In this document: positions 1-9,128 of the stretch, piece by piece
How positions within the stretch are numbered: position 1 is the stretch's first letter
How the letters are laid out: each line of letters begins with the position of its first letter
Origin: Candidatus Eiseniibacteriota bacterium
GTDB lineage: Bacteria; Eisenbacteria; RBG-16-71-46; JABDJR01; JAWXBZ01
NCBI GenBank assembly: GCA_034440375.1
Contig: JAWXBZ010000180.1
Coordinates: 1 to 16,238, forward strand
Length of the DNA: 16,238 bases
Direction of reading: 5' to 3'
Translations under genes and position numbers: made by a program
The notes under the pieces: model-generated
Told to the model about the DNA's origin: nothing
The model's input: the letters and a program-made list of their open reading frames with translations, nothing else
Databases searched by the model: none

Positions 1-1
1 A

Positions 2-775
2 GGCCGAGCCGAAGTCAACATCGCCGACCAGCCGGTGGCCGCTGGCACGCGTTGGGTCCTTGATCCGGTTGATGCCGACGTCGATGACGATGGCGCCCGG
101 TTTGAGCATGTCGCCGGTGACCGTATTGGGACGACCAACCGCCGCCACGACCAGGTCGGCATTCCGCGTATATCGGGAAAGCTCGCCGCTCTGGGCGTGG
201 GCCAGGGTCACGGTGGCGTTCAATCCCGGTTGCTTTCGCGAGAGGAGGTTGGCCAGCGGCCGACCCACGATGTTGCTCCGTCCAATGACCACGGCATGGA
301 GGCCGGCCAGGTCCAGCCCGGCGTGGCGAAGCATCCGGACGATGCCGAACGGCGTGCAGGGGACGAAGCCGGGCAGCCCCGCCATCAGGCGGCCGGCGTT
401 CAGGGGATGGAACCCGTCCACATCCTTGTCCGGCTCGATGGCCCGGATCACCACGCTCTCGGACAGGTGGGGCGGCAATGGAAGTTGAACCAGGATTCCG
501 TGTACCGCCCGATCGTTGTTCAGTTCGGCCAGCGCTTCCAGAAGCGCCCGCTCGGTCATGTCGGCCGGGAAGACCCGGTCAATGGAGGCAATGCCGACGC
601 GAGCGCAGGCCGCCGCTTTCTTCGCCAGGTAGACGAGCGAGGCGGGATCCTCTCCGACACGGATCAGGGCCAGCGTCGGCGAAATACCGAAAGAGCGGAG
701 ACGCTCGATCTCGGTGGTCGTCTCGGCCAGCAGCGCATCGGCGACGGGCGCCCCTTCGAGGAGTTGCGCGCTCAA
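2..775 (-). CDS. folD: Bifunctional methylenetetrahydrofolate dehydrogenase/cyclohydrolase FolD (3' end outside window)
   Basis: Not in the ORF track. Manual minus-strand translation from TTG at 775 gives MSAQLLEGAPVADALLAE...VGEDPASLVYLAKK...KDVDGFHP...PCTP...KPGAIVIDVGINRI...RLVGDVDF, all diagnostic FolD motifs. The + strand ORF 35..787 is its antisense shadow. Confidence 0.95.
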   Translation of the reverse strand, partial: MSAQLLEGAPVADALLAETTTEIERLRSFGISPTLALIRVGEDPASLVYLAKKAAACARVGIASIDRVFPADMTERALLEALAELNNDRAVHGILVQLPLPPHLSESVVIRAIEPDKDVDGFHPLNAGRLMAGLPGFVPCTPFGIVRMLRHAGLDLAGLHAVVIGRSNIVGRPLANLLSRKQPGLNATVTLAHAQSGELSRYTRNADLVVAAVGRPNTVTGDMLKPGAIVIDVGINRIKDPTRASGHRLVGDVDFGSA

Positions 776-789
776 GGCCCCAACTGACC

Positions 790-1584
790 CTAGTTGACCG
801 CGTCCGGAAGGTATTCCATGACGCGCCGAATCGCCGTGGACTTGCCGCTCACCTCATCGACATCCACGATGACCCCGCACAGGCGGACGTCACGGCCGGC
901 CGGTTTGAACTTGACCGGCAGTCCCGTGACGAAGCGGTGAATGGCCGCCTGTTTTTCGACACCGATGACCGAGTCGAAGGGGCCGGTCATCCCGATATCG
1001 GTGCAGTAGGCCGTGCCGCCCGGCAGGACCCGCTCATCACAGGTCGGTACATGGGTGTGCGTGCCGATGACCACCGAAGCCAGGCCATCGAGATACCATC
1101 CCAGAGCCACCTTTTCACTGGTCGCCTCCGCATGGAAGTCGACGATGACCACCCGGGCGCCGGCCTCTCGGGCTTCAAGAATCTTCTTTCGCGCCGTCAG
1201 GAACGGATCATCCAGCGGTTTCATGAAGGTTCGCCCGAGAACCGTGAGCAGTCCCACCGTACCGAGCGGTGTCGGATAGAGCCCCAGGGGGGAACCGGGA
1301 GCACCGTTCGGATAATTGGCCGCTCGGACAATGCGCGGCTCCTTCGGCAGGTACTCCATCATCTCCGGTTTGTCGTAGACATGGTTTCCGCTGGTCATGA
1401 CGTCAACACCCGAGGAGAAGATATCCTCGGAGGTATCCCGGGTCATCCCGATGCCGCCGGCGGCGTTCTCACCATTGGCGATGACAAAATCGATCGAGTG
1501 CTCGGTGCGCATCTTCGGCACGAAGCTCCGCACCGCCTTCCGGCCCGGATTGCCGACGATATCGGCGATGATGAGGATTCTCAC
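790..1584 (-). CDS. ymdB: YmdB-family metallophosphoesterase (2',3'-cyclic phosphodiesterase)
   Basis: Motifs [43 protein letters not shown]. Lies directly downstream of rny with a GTGA start/stop overlap at 1581-1584. Confidence 0.95.
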   Translation of the reverse strand: MRILIIADIVGNPGRKAVRSFVPKMRTEHSIDFVIANGENAAGGIGMTRDTSEDIFSSGVDVMTSGNHVYDKPEMMEYLPKEPRIVRAANYPNGAPGSPLGLYPTPLGTVGLLTVLGRTFMKPLDDPFLTARKKILEAREAGARVVIVDFHAEATSEKVALGWYLDGLASVVIGTHTHVPTCDERVLPGGTAYCTDIGMTGPFDSVIGVEKQAAIHRFVTGLPVKFKPAGRDVRLCGVIVDVDEVSGKSTAIRRVMEYLPDAVN

Positions 1585-3155
1585 TTGGCGTAATCGACCG
1601 CGCGCGTTTCACGGATTACCACCACGCGGATCTGGCCGGGATACTGAAGCTCTCCCTCGATCTTGCGAGCGATTTCGGCGGCCAGCAGTGTCGAGCGGGC
1701 GTCGTCCACCTGTGAGGGCTCGATCATGACCCGGATCTCCCGCCCGGCCTGGATGGCATAGCACTTTTCAACGCCGCTGAATGACTCGGCCAGCGACTCG
1801 AGTTTCTCCAGGCGCTTGACATAGGTCTCGAGTGTCTCGCGACGGGCGCCGGGGCGTGCACCGGAAATGGAGTCGGCCGACTGGACCAGGACCGTATAGA
1901 TGTCATCGTGAGTCAGGTCGTCATGGTGATGCCCGATGGCATGGACCACCGCATCGGACTCGCCGTACTTGAGTCCGAGCGCCTTGCCGATGGAGGGGTG
2001 CGTCCCCTCGGTTTCGTGGGTCACCGCCTTGCCGATGTCATGGAGAAATCCACAGCGGCGGGCCAGCATTTCATCGAAGCCAAGCTCCGCCGCCATCATG
2101 CCGCAGAGATAGCCGACTTCCTTGGAGTGGTTCAGGATGTTCTGGCCGTAGGAGGTGCGATAACGGAGACGTCCCATGAGCTTGAGCAGCTCCGGGTGAA
2201 TCGCATGGAGCTTCAGCTCAAAAGCCGCCTCATCGCCCAGCGTTCGGATCTCATCCTCCATTTCCTTCCGGGCCTTCTCGACAACCTCCTCGATGCGCCC
2301 GGGATGGATGCGGCCGTCCTGGACCAGCTTCTCGAGCGCCCGGCGGGCAACCTCGCGCTTGACCGGGTCGAAGCCGGACAGGATGACCGCCTCGGGCGTG
2401 TCGTCGATGATGACGTCAATGCCGCTGACCGTCTCGAAGGCGCGGATATTGCGGCCCTCCCGACCAATGATTCGACCCTTCATCTCGTCGTTGGGCAGGG
2501 ACACCACCGATACGGTGCTCTCCAGGGCATGGTCCGCCGCGCTTCGCTGGATGGCCATGAGGACGATCTTCTGGGCCTCGCGGTCGGCCGTGCGCGCGGC
2601 TTCCTCCTTGATCTCGGAGATCAGCTTGGCGGCATCGATCCGGGCCGTTCCCTCGATGTTCGTCATCAGGACGCGGCGGGCTTCCTCCGAGCTCATCCCC
2701 GCGATCCGCTCCAGTTTCTGGTTCTCATCACGGATCAGCTTGTCGACTTCCAGGCCACGCTCGGCCAGGCGCTGCGTCTGGGCGGCCAGGTCGGTTTCGA
2801 GCTTCTTCAAATCGCGGTCCTTCGACTCGATGACTTCCACCCGCTTGGCCAGGGCCAGATCGCGATCACTGGCCTTTCGCTCCAGCGCCAGCAGTTCCTT
2901 GCGGGTGGCCTGCGACTCCTTGTCCAGCTCCTGCTTCGCCTTGAACCATTCGTCCTTGGCCTCGAGGCTGGCCGTCTTCCGAATAATCTCGGATTCGCGC
3001 CGCGCTTCTTCGATGACGGTTTCCGCACGGCCACGGGCACCGGTCACCTGCTTTTCGGCCGCCTGTTGCTGGAGGCGCCCACCGAGGACGAAGGCCACGG
3101 CTCCCACGACGATGGCCACGACCAGGGCCACCAGAATCGGATTCATCTCGCTCAT
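1581..3155 (-). CDS. rny: Ribonuclease Y
   Basis: N-terminal TM helix, coiled coil, KH domain ([14 protein letters not shown]), [11 protein letters not shown] motif (LHDIGKA), [14 protein letters not shown]. Start placed at ATG 3155 (MSEMNPIL) behind GAAGGGGA; the longer 3266 start runs into the 6S RNA. Confidence 0.97.
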   Translation of the reverse strand: MSEMNPILVALVVAIVVGAVAFVLGGRLQQQAAEKQVTGARGRAETVIEEARRESEIIRKTASLEAKDEWFKAKQELDKESQATRKELLALERKASDRDLALAKRVEVIESKDRDLKKLETDLAAQTQRLAERGLEVDKLIRDENQKLERIAGMSSEEARRVLMTNIEGTARIDAAKLISEIKEEAARTADREAQKIVLMAIQRSAADHALESTVSVVSLPNDEMKGRIIGREGRNIRAFETVSGIDVIIDDTPEAVILSGFDPVKREVARRALEKLVQDGRIHPGRIEEVVEKARKEMEDEIRTLGDEAAFELKLHAIHPELLKLMGRLRYRTSYGQNILNHSKEVGYLCGMMAAELGFDEMLARRCGFLHDIGKAVTHETEGTHPSIGKALGLKYGESDAVVHAIGHHHDDLTHDDIYTVLVQSADSISGARPGARRETLETYVKRLEKLESLAESFSGVEKCYAIQAGREIRVMIEPSQVDDARSTLLAAEIARKIEGELQYPGQIRVVVIRETRAVDYAK

Positions 3156-3202
3156 CGTTCCATCCCCTTCCGTCCCGACAATCGGCGCCGGGGGCAAAAA
3201 AA

Positions 3203-3383
3203 TTCCCCGCCAGCTACCGTGTCGCCAGGAACCTTGAACCTGTAAAACAGATGGGCACCTTTCCAACCGGCGTTGCGCCCCCGAGATCTATCGAAGTCGG
3301 GCTCCGCTATCCGGAAGACTCGGCCCCCGTTCCACAAGTACGTTGGCTCAAAAGTACCGGGCCATCACGTGCAGGGCAGGGAA
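3203..3383 (-). ncRNA. ssrS: 6S RNA (ssrS)
   Basis: About 180 nt between zapA and rny, a known 6S synteny. The ends pair into a long rod (UCCCUGCC/GGCGGGGA, CUGC/GUAG, CGUG/CACG, UUGAGCC/GGUUCAA), followed by a U-run. Boundaries are approximate. Confidence 0.88.
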
Positions 3384-3443
3384 AAGAATCTTCGATCTTT
3401 TCTTTTGGTCGCGATCCCTTGATCGTCGCGTCGCGGATGATTG

Positions 3444-3740
3444 TCACTCACTCGACAGTGCTTCGTCCAGCAATGTTTCGAGATTAGTGAGTCGCCCGCC
3501 GACTTCCGTCCAGTCGTCCCGACGAGCGTCCTTCTCCTGGAAGAACTCGTCGGCGATGGTCAGTGACGCCACGATTGCCAGCTTGGTCGGTGACTGTGCG
3601 GCGGCAGAACCTTCGAGAATCTTCATGGTGCCGTCCACATGTTCCGCCAGGCGCGCCAGGTGGGCCGGGTCGACATCGCCCCGGATCTGGTACGCCACAC
3701 CTCGTATGGTGACATTGGTTTCGGTGATCGGTCGGTTCAT
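3444..3740 (-). CDS. zapA: Cell division protein ZapA
   Basis: VTIRGVAYQI...LAEHVDGTM...KLAIVASLTIADEFF pattern; GGAGGGG RBS; located upstream of the 6S RNA. Confidence 0.9.
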   Translation of the reverse strand: MNRPITETNVTIRGVAYQIRGDVDPAHLARLAEHVDGTMKILEGSAAAQSPTKLAIVASLTIADEFFQEKDARRDDWTEVGGRLTNLETLLDEALSSE

Positions 3741-3863
3741 GAGGCTTGCACCCCTCCATTCCGTGTCACGTACGCCGCTGGCATTCGATCAAGACCGCTT
3801 CCACTCCTGCCCCGGCGGGCCAATCGACCCGCCTGTTCCATCTATGTCAACAAAGCCGGTGCG

Positions 3864-4160
3864 CTAGTTTGTCACCGTCTCCGATTCGAGATACTCCAGC
3901 CGTGCCAGAATTTCCTCGACTCGCTGGGTCAGGGCCCGACGATCGGCCAGAAGACCCAGCCGTTCGCGGTCAAGTTCAGCGATGCGATTCTCCAGTGTTG
4001 CGAAGGCCCGTCCCTCGGGCGCCCCGGCTTCGGCCCGACCGCCGACGGCCTTGAGACGCCTGTTCTCGGTGGTCAATTCACGAATTCGTTCGACAGCGAG
4101 GGTGACACGCTGTTCGAGCGCCGCAAGAATCGGTTCGATCTCGTTCGGACGGTCGCTCAT
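3864..4160 (-). CDS. Small coiled-coil protein, ZapB-like
   Basis: 98 aa with heptad pattern (LEQRVTLAVERIRELTTENRRLK...LENRIAELDRER...RVEEILARLE). Lies between pheT and zapA, with an ATGA overlap with the pheT stop. Confidence 0.7.
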   Translation of the reverse strand: MSDRPNEIEPILAALEQRVTLAVERIRELTTENRRLKAVGGRAEAGAPEGRAFATLENRIAELDRERLGLLADRRALTQRVEEILARLEYLESETVTN

Positions 4161-6580
4161 CCATCCCTCAATTCCGCGCTGAGTTGTTCGGAAAGGCCGG
4201 AGGCAATCCGTCCGACGGCTGCCCGGAGGTCCTCGTCCGACAGCGTACGGTCCTCCGCCTGGAAGCGGAGCGCGTAAGCCAGGCTGACTTTTCCAGCCGG
4301 CAGCGGCGTTCCGACATAACGGTCAAAAAGAACGATTTCGGTGACCAGGGCTCCCCCGAGCGAACGAATCAAGGCATGGACCGAGGCCTCGGCCACCGAC
4401 TCGTCGATCAGGAAAGCCAGATCGCGCCGTGATGCCGGGAAGCGCGAGGCCTCCCTAAAACGGACGATCTCGGTGAGTGATTGAAGCAGGGCGCCCACAT
4501 CAAATCGGGCCATGAATATCGGCCGTTGGATGTCGAACCCGGTACTGATCGCCGAATCGAGGGTTCCGACCTCACCGACTCGCGTCTTTCCCGATTCGAC
4601 GATCGCCGAAGTCCCTTTGATTAAACCAGTTGCATCGTAGCAACGCCATTGTGGCGTGTCAACGCGGAGGCGCAAAAGGAAGGCCTCCACGTGCCCTTTA
4701 AATCGAAGTTCGTCCATGACCGGATCCAGCCGGGTCAGGTTGGGACCGAAATCTCCCCCCGTGGCGACGATGATCAGTTCGAGCGGCTCATCGGCGAGGG
4801 GTCCGCTGGATGCCTTTTGATAGGTTGGACCGACCTCGAAGAACCGAACCTCCGCGCGACCGAAACGCTGATTGCGGGCCACCGAGGCCAGAGCCCCGGG
4901 GAGGAGCGACAGTCGGAGAAGCCCTGCCGCCATCGACTGGGATTCCGGAACGGTGATCCCCTTCTGCCGGATCGTCTCAATCGGAACGCCGGCACGACGG
5001 TGTGATTCCGGATCGGTCAGGACCGGGTTCAGCATCTCGGTGAAGCCGAGACCCACCCAGGTTTCACGAATGCGGGTCATGAGTCGATCGATCGGCGCGC
5101 GTTCGGCAGCGAGGCCTGCGGCATTCCAGTCGCGATCGGTCAGGCGTTCATAGCCGTGGAAGCGGGCCACTTCCTCGACCATGTCACATTCCTCACGCAC
5201 ATCGGGGCGGTGGCTGGGCACGACCCATGACACCGGCTGGCCGGCGACGGCCGGTTCGTCGGCCTGGAAACCAAGACGGGAAAGCCAGATGCCCGCCTCG
5301 TCGTCGCCAATCGGCTCGCCCAGAAGGCGCGTGGCGGCGTCCTGGCGCCAGGTGACGCGACGCGGGGTGAGCACGGCAGGATCCGTCACTTCGGCCCGGC
5401 CGGCGAGCACGGTGCCCCCGGCCATCCCGGCCAGGAGAAACGCGGCGCGGTCGATGGCCCATTCAACGCCCGCCGGATCGACGCCCCGGATGAACCGGAG
5501 CGACGCATCCGTGGTCAGGCGAACCGCAGCCGCACCGAGGAGCGTCCGGTAGGAATCGAAGACGGCCCCCTCCAGGAGGACGTTGGTCGTCCGCCCCGTG
5601 ACTTCCGTATCGGCCCCGCCCATGATGCCGGCCAGCGCCACCGGCCGCCCGGCATCGGCAATCACCAGAACCTCCGGAGAGAGCAACCGCTCGACGCCAT
5701 CCAGTGTCGTCAACTTCTCCCCGGTACGGGCCCGTCGGACGATGATCCGATTTCCTTCGAGACGATCGGCGTCGAATGCATGAAGCGGCTGTCCCAGCTC
5801 CCAGAGAATGAAGTTGGTCACATCGACGACGTTGCTGATCGAACGCTGCCCGATCGAGGTCAGCTTCCGGACCAGCCATTCCGGAGATGGTCCAACCGTG
5901 ACTCCGGTGATGACCCGGGCCAGGTAACGTGGACACGCCTCCGGATCGTCGATCGATACGCGGATCCGCGCCGCGACCGGTTCGGACAAGGGTGGTTCGG
6001 GCAATTGCGGTAATCGGAGCGTCCGATCGAAGGCCACCGCCAGTTCCCTTGCGATGCCGACATGGCTAAAACCATCCCCCCGGTTGCTGGCGATATCGAT
6101 GTCGAAAATCGTGTCGCCCGCCCCGAGCACGTCGGAGAGCGGGGTGCCGGGCGGGGCTCCCCCCGGCCCGAAGTCGATGATCCCCTGGTGTTCGGTCGAG
6201 AGGCCCAGTTCGCGCTCGGAGAGAAGCATCCCCTGGCTCTCCACCCCTCGCAGTTTGGCCTTCTTGATCTGTGTACCGTCCGGCAGCACCGCCCCGATCA
6301 GCGCCACGGCGGCCGACACGCCGGCAGCGGCATTCGGTGCGCCGCAGATGATCTGGAGCGGCGACTCCCCGCCAACATCAACCTGGCACAACGTCAACTT
6401 GTCGGCATTGGGGTGCCGTTGTGCCGACACGACCCGGCCGACCACGAACGAGTCGAGTGACGGGCCGGTGGTGATTTTTCCTTCGACCGGGAAACCGAGG
6501 CTCGTGAGCCGGCCGCCCACCTCGTCGGCCGTCTCGGGCAGGTCCACATAGTCGCGAAGCCAGGTCAGGCTGATTTTCAT
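4157..6580 (-). CDS. pheT: Phenylalanine--tRNA ligase beta subunit
   Basis: MKISLTWLRDYV start, HPNADKL, CGAPN, KLRGVESQGML, NRGD, GQPLHAFD, RPDV..E.DMVEEVARFHGY, C-terminal RFPASRRDLAF. Confidence 0.98.
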   Translation of the reverse strand: MKISLTWLRDYVDLPETADEVGGRLTSLGFPVEGKITTGPSLDSFVVGRVVSAQRHPNADKLTLCQVDVGGESPLQIICGAPNAAAGVSAAVALIGAVLPDGTQIKKAKLRGVESQGMLLSERELGLSTEHQGIIDFGPGGAPPGTPLSDVLGAGDTIFDIDIASNRGDGFSHVGIARELAVAFDRTLRLPQLPEPPLSEPVAARIRVSIDDPEACPRYLARVITGVTVGPSPEWLVRKLTSIGQRSISNVVDVTNFILWELGQPLHAFDADRLEGNRIIVRRARTGEKLTTLDGVERLLSPEVLVIADAGRPVALAGIMGGADTEVTGRTTNVLLEGAVFDSYRTLLGAAAVRLTTDASLRFIRGVDPAGVEWAIDRAAFLLAGMAGGTVLAGRAEVTDPAVLTPRRVTWRQDAATRLLGEPIGDDEAGIWLSRLGFQADEPAVAGQPVSWVVPSHRPDVREECDMVEEVARFHGYERLTDRDWNAAGLAAERAPIDRLMTRIRETWVGLGFTEMLNPVLTDPESHRRAGVPIETIRQKGITVPESQSMAAGLLRLSLLPGALASVARNQRFGRAEVRFFEVGPTYQKASSGPLADEPLELIIVATGGDFGPNLTRLDPVMDELRFKGHVEAFLLRLRVDTPQWRCYDATGLIKGTSAIVESGKTRVGEVGTLDSAISTGFDIQRPIFMARFDVGALLQSLTEIVRFREASRFPASRRDLAFLIDESVAEASVHALIRSLGGALVTEIVLFDRYVGTPLPAGKVSLAYALRFQAEDRTLSDEDLRAAVGRIASGLSEQLSAELRDG
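4634..4662 (-). promoter_or_regulatory. Putative sigma70 promoter inside pheT (TTGACA-17-TACGAT, with extended -10 TGn)
   Basis: Perfect -35 TTGACA (4662-4657), 17-nt spacer ending in TGC, -10 TACGAT (4639-4634). Lies in a locally AT-richer patch and points toward zapB-zapA-6S-rny. Confidence 0.6.
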
Positions 6581-6616
6581 GGGCGTCCGTACCGAGTGGT
6601 CATGGGGATCGGCATC

Positions 6617-7639
6617 CTAGAACTGTTCGAGGAACCGGAGATCATTCTCCTGGAAATATCGAATGTCGGTGACGCCATGCCGGAGCATCGTGATTCGCTC
6701 AACACCCATTCCGGCGGCATAACCGGTCCAGACATCCGGATCGTAACCGACGTTGGCCAGGACGCGCGGATGCACCATTCCCGCCCCGAGGATTTCAATC
6801 CAGCCGCTCCCCTTGCAGACCCGGCAGCCGCTTCCCCGGCAAAGAAAACAGGTCACGTCGACCTCGGCACCCGGCTCGACGAATGGAAAGTAGGACGGCC
6901 GGAGGCGCGTCCGGGTATCGGCGCCGAACATCAACCGGGCGAAGGTCGAGAGGCAACCCTTGAGATCGCGCATCGTGACGCCCCGGTCGACGTAGAGGAT
7001 TTCGACCTGATGAAACTCGCACAGGTGGGTGGCATCGACGGCCTCGCGGCGATAGACCCGGCCAGGGCAACAAATCCGAATGGGCGGTTCCTGCGCCCGC
7101 ATCGCCCGCACTTGGACCGGCGAGGTGTGAGTCCGGAGCAGTACGTCCGGTGTCAGGAAGAAGGTGTCGCCTGGCTGCCGTGAGGGGTGCTCGGGCCCGA
7201 TATTGAGGGCGCCGAAGTTGTTCTCGACCGTTTCGACCTCGGGCCCCGACACCGGCGTGAATCCCATGCCGGTCAGGATCTCGAGAATCCGGTCGAGCGT
7301 CTGCGTGATGGGATGCGCACGACCGGTCGATGGCCGAAGGCCTGGCCGACTGTAGTCCAGGCCGGCCGGCCGGTCATCGGACACCCCGACCGTTCCGGCC
7401 AACCGGGCCTCGAAGAGCGCCGTCAGGTTCGCCTTGAGTTGATTGGCGGCATCGCCGATGCCGGCCCGCTCCTCGATCGGTACGTCCTTGAGCCCGCGAA
7501 GGACCGCTGTGACGCGGCCGGCTTTTCGGCCGAGCCACGACACGCGGAATGCCTCGAGGGCGGCGGGGTCATCGGCCTGTGCCAACTCCCGCTCCGCCAT
7601 CAGGCGAAGTTGCGCCAGTTCCTCGATCAGGCCGGGCAT
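6617..7639 (-). CDS. pheS: Phenylalanine--tRNA ligase alpha subunit
   Basis: HPITQT, GPEVE, NFGALN..PEHPSR, LLRTHTSPVQ, PGRVYR, FHQVE, RPSYFPFVEP, CxxC.G.GCxxCK, WIEILGAGMV. Start set at ATG 7639 (MPGLIEEL); the 7723 start overlaps rplT. Confidence 0.97.
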   Translation of the reverse strand: MPGLIEELAQLRLMAERELAQADDPAALEAFRVSWLGRKAGRVTAVLRGLKDVPIEERAGIGDAANQLKANLTALFEARLAGTVGVSDDRPAGLDYSRPGLRPSTGRAHPITQTLDRILEILTGMGFTPVSGPEVETVENNFGALNIGPEHPSRQPGDTFFLTPDVLLRTHTSPVQVRAMRAQEPPIRICCPGRVYRREAVDATHLCEFHQVEILYVDRGVTMRDLKGCLSTFARLMFGADTRTRLRPSYFPFVEPGAEVDVTCFLCRGSGCRVCKGSGWIEILGAGMVHPRVLANVGYDPDVWTGYAAGMGVERITMLRHGVTDIRYFQENDLRFLEQF

Positions 7640-7661
7640 GGATCCAGGTCCCGGCGGCGAA

Positions 7662-8027
7662 TCAGGCGGCGGCGGCGGCGGCCGAGCGGGCCAATTCGGC
7701 CAGCGCCGTGAATCCGGCCGCATCGTTGACAGCCATTTCCGCCAGCATCTTCCGGTCCACGTTGACCTCGGCCTTCTTCAAGCCGTTCATGAACACGCTG
7801 TAGGACAGACCGTTCAGTCGCGCCGCCGCATTGATGCGGGTGATCCAAAGGCGGCGAAAGTCACGCTTCTTCAGACGGCGATGTTCGTAGGCGAATTGCA
7901 ACCCGCGCATGACCGTGTCCTTGGCGGTCTTGTACAGCTTTCTGCGACCGCCAAAATTTCCCTTGGCGGCCTTCAGGATCTTCTTGTGTCGTTCGCGTCC
8001 GGCTACGACACCCTTTGCTCTCGGCAT
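7662..8027 (-). CDS. rplT: 50S ribosomal protein L20
   Basis: MPRAKGVV...KILKAAKG...[18 protein letters not shown]...[18 protein letters not shown] before ATG 8027. Confidence 0.98.
   Translation of the reverse strand: MPRAKGVVAGRERHKKILKAAKGNFGGRRKLYKTAKDTVMRGLQFAYEHRRLKKRDFRRLWITRINAAARLNGLSYSVFMNGLKKAEVNVDRKMLAEMAVNDAAGFTALAELARSAAAAAA
7665..7682 (-). repeat. (GCC)6 trinucleotide run encoding the C-terminal poly-Ala of L20
   Basis: Six tandem ggc units on the + strand, directly before the rplT stop codon. Confidence 0.8.
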
Positions 8028-8120
8028 GACGGAAAACCTCCAAATACGGCTAGCGGGTCTGGTGCTCAACCGCCGCCGGTTGTTTCTGTTGAACCTGGTT
8101 CGAAACGATGACGAAGTGAG

Positions 8121-8155
8121 CTTATGGTTAAGGTCGAAAAGACCTTAACTATAAG
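8121..8155. other. Long AT-rich inverted repeat spanning the rpmI stop codon
   Basis: CTTAT-G-GTTAAGGTC-gaaaa-GACCTTAAC-T-ATAAG: a perfect 9-bp stem plus a 5-bp extension, with no U-tract on the coding strand. Confidence 0.7.
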
Positions 8156-8342
8156 GAAGTAGCGCGGCGATACGCCTGGCGTCACCGTCGTGAACGAGGG
8201 CGTCACGCTTCAGGTGGCGCTTCCGCTTGCGGCTCTTCGACGTCAGGATATGTCGGTGATACGAACGACCGCGTTTCAGTTTGCCGCTGGCGGTCTTCTT
8301 GAACCGCTTGGCCACGGTCTTGCTGGTCTTAAGCTTTGGCAT
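8145..8342 (-). CDS. rpmI: 50S ribosomal protein L35
   Basis: [24 protein letters not shown]...[25 protein letters not shown]; start overlaps the infC 3' end by 14 nt. Confidence 0.97.
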   Translation of the reverse strand: MPKLKTSKTVAKRFKKTASGKLKRGRSYHRHILTSKSRKRKRHLKRDALVHDGDARRIAALLPYS

Positions 8343-8934
8343 TGCCGGCGTCCTCTCTGGTGCTCGCGGAGGGACGTGGCGCGGGCGCGACCTTGGGGGC
8401 CGGCGGCGGCGCATCCTTCTTTGGCACCATGTACAGGGTCATCGTGCGTCCCTCGACTCTTGCCGGGACTTCGACGATCCCGATGTCGGCCAGTTCCTTG
8501 ACGGCGTTGTCCAGAATCCGCCTTCCGAGTTCCATGTGAACCATCTCGCGGCCCCGGAACATCACCGTGAACTTGACCTTGTCGCGATGCGCGAGAAACT
8601 CGCGCGCGTGATTTACCTTGAAGTTGTAATCATGCTCGTCGATCTTCGGACGGAGCTTGATCTCCTTGATCACCATGATGTGCTGGTTCTTGCGCGCCTT
8701 TCGGGCCTGCTTCGACTCCTCGTACTTGAACTTGCCGAAGTCCATGATCTTGCATACGGGGGGCCGGGCGGTCGGCGAGATTTCCACGAGATCAAGACCC
8801 TTCTCCTGAGCCAGGGTCAGGGCATCGGTGTTCGTCATGATGCCCAGCTGGCTCCCGTCCGCATCGATGACACGGATCTGGGGGATGCGGATACGGTCGT
8901 TGATCCGGATCTGCTGCTTTTTCTCAGGCGGTAT
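8329..8934 (-). CDS. infC: Translation initiation factor IF-3, probable AUA start
   Basis: IRINDRIR...GLDLVEI...[15 protein letters not shown]...[15 protein letters not shown]...[17 protein letters not shown] lies 8 nt before an in-frame ATA at 8934-8932, with no in-frame ATG/GTG/TTG between the SD and the conserved domain. Confidence 0.95.
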   Translation of the reverse strand: MPPEKKQQIRINDRIRIPQIRVIDADGSQLGIMTNTDALTLAQEKGLDLVEISPTARPPVCKIMDFGKFKYEESKQARKARKNQHIMVIKEIKLRPKIDEHDYNFKVNHAREFLAHRDKVKFTVMFRGREMVHMELGRRILDNAVKELADIGIVEVPARVEGRTMTLYMVPKKDAPPPAPKVAPAPRPSASTREDAGNAKA

Positions 8935-8981
8935 GGCAAATACCTCCACGTTTCGAGATCCGGACGTGCCTCGGAAACGCG

Positions 8982-9015
8982 AAAACGGGCGGCACGCCGA
9001 TGGCGCACTCACCCG
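8982..9015 (-). terminator. Conditional intrinsic terminator of the infC leader
   Basis: CGGGUG-AG-UGCGCC-auc-GGCGUG-C-CGCCCG followed by UUUU. Its 5' arm is shared with the antiterminator helix. Confidence 0.6.
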
Positions 9016-9122
9016 TTGGGGAGCCGACCGGATTCTTGGGATCCGACCGATGCAACCCGACAACATCCCCCGAATGAATCGGGAGCCGCCGGGTGAGAAG
9101 CGCCGCTTCTACTTGAGCTAAG
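8982..9122 (-). promoter_or_regulatory. L20-leader-like cis-regulatory RNA (attenuator) upstream of infC-rpmI-rplT
   Basis: AGAAGC-GGC-GCUUCU hairpin followed by CACC, recalling the Firmicutes L20 leader. Alternative pairing GGCGC-UU-CUCACCCG / CGGGUGAG-U-GCGCC competes with a terminator. Confidence 0.7.
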
Positions 9123-9128
9123 TTCGGT

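Noticed and set aside
35-787. 250-aa + strand ORF
   Set aside because: Codon-register antisense shadow of folD, which has all the family motifs on the minus strand.
3156-3266. N-terminal extension of rny in the ORF track
   Set aside because: Overlaps the 6S RNA; a better RBS and the TM helix start at 3155.
7640-7661. pheM-type attenuator or T-box before pheS
   Set aside because: Only 22 nt separate rplT and pheS.
8935-9066. N-terminal extension of infC to ATG 9066
   Set aside because: Runs through the structured leader and terminator; the SD position favours ATA 8934.
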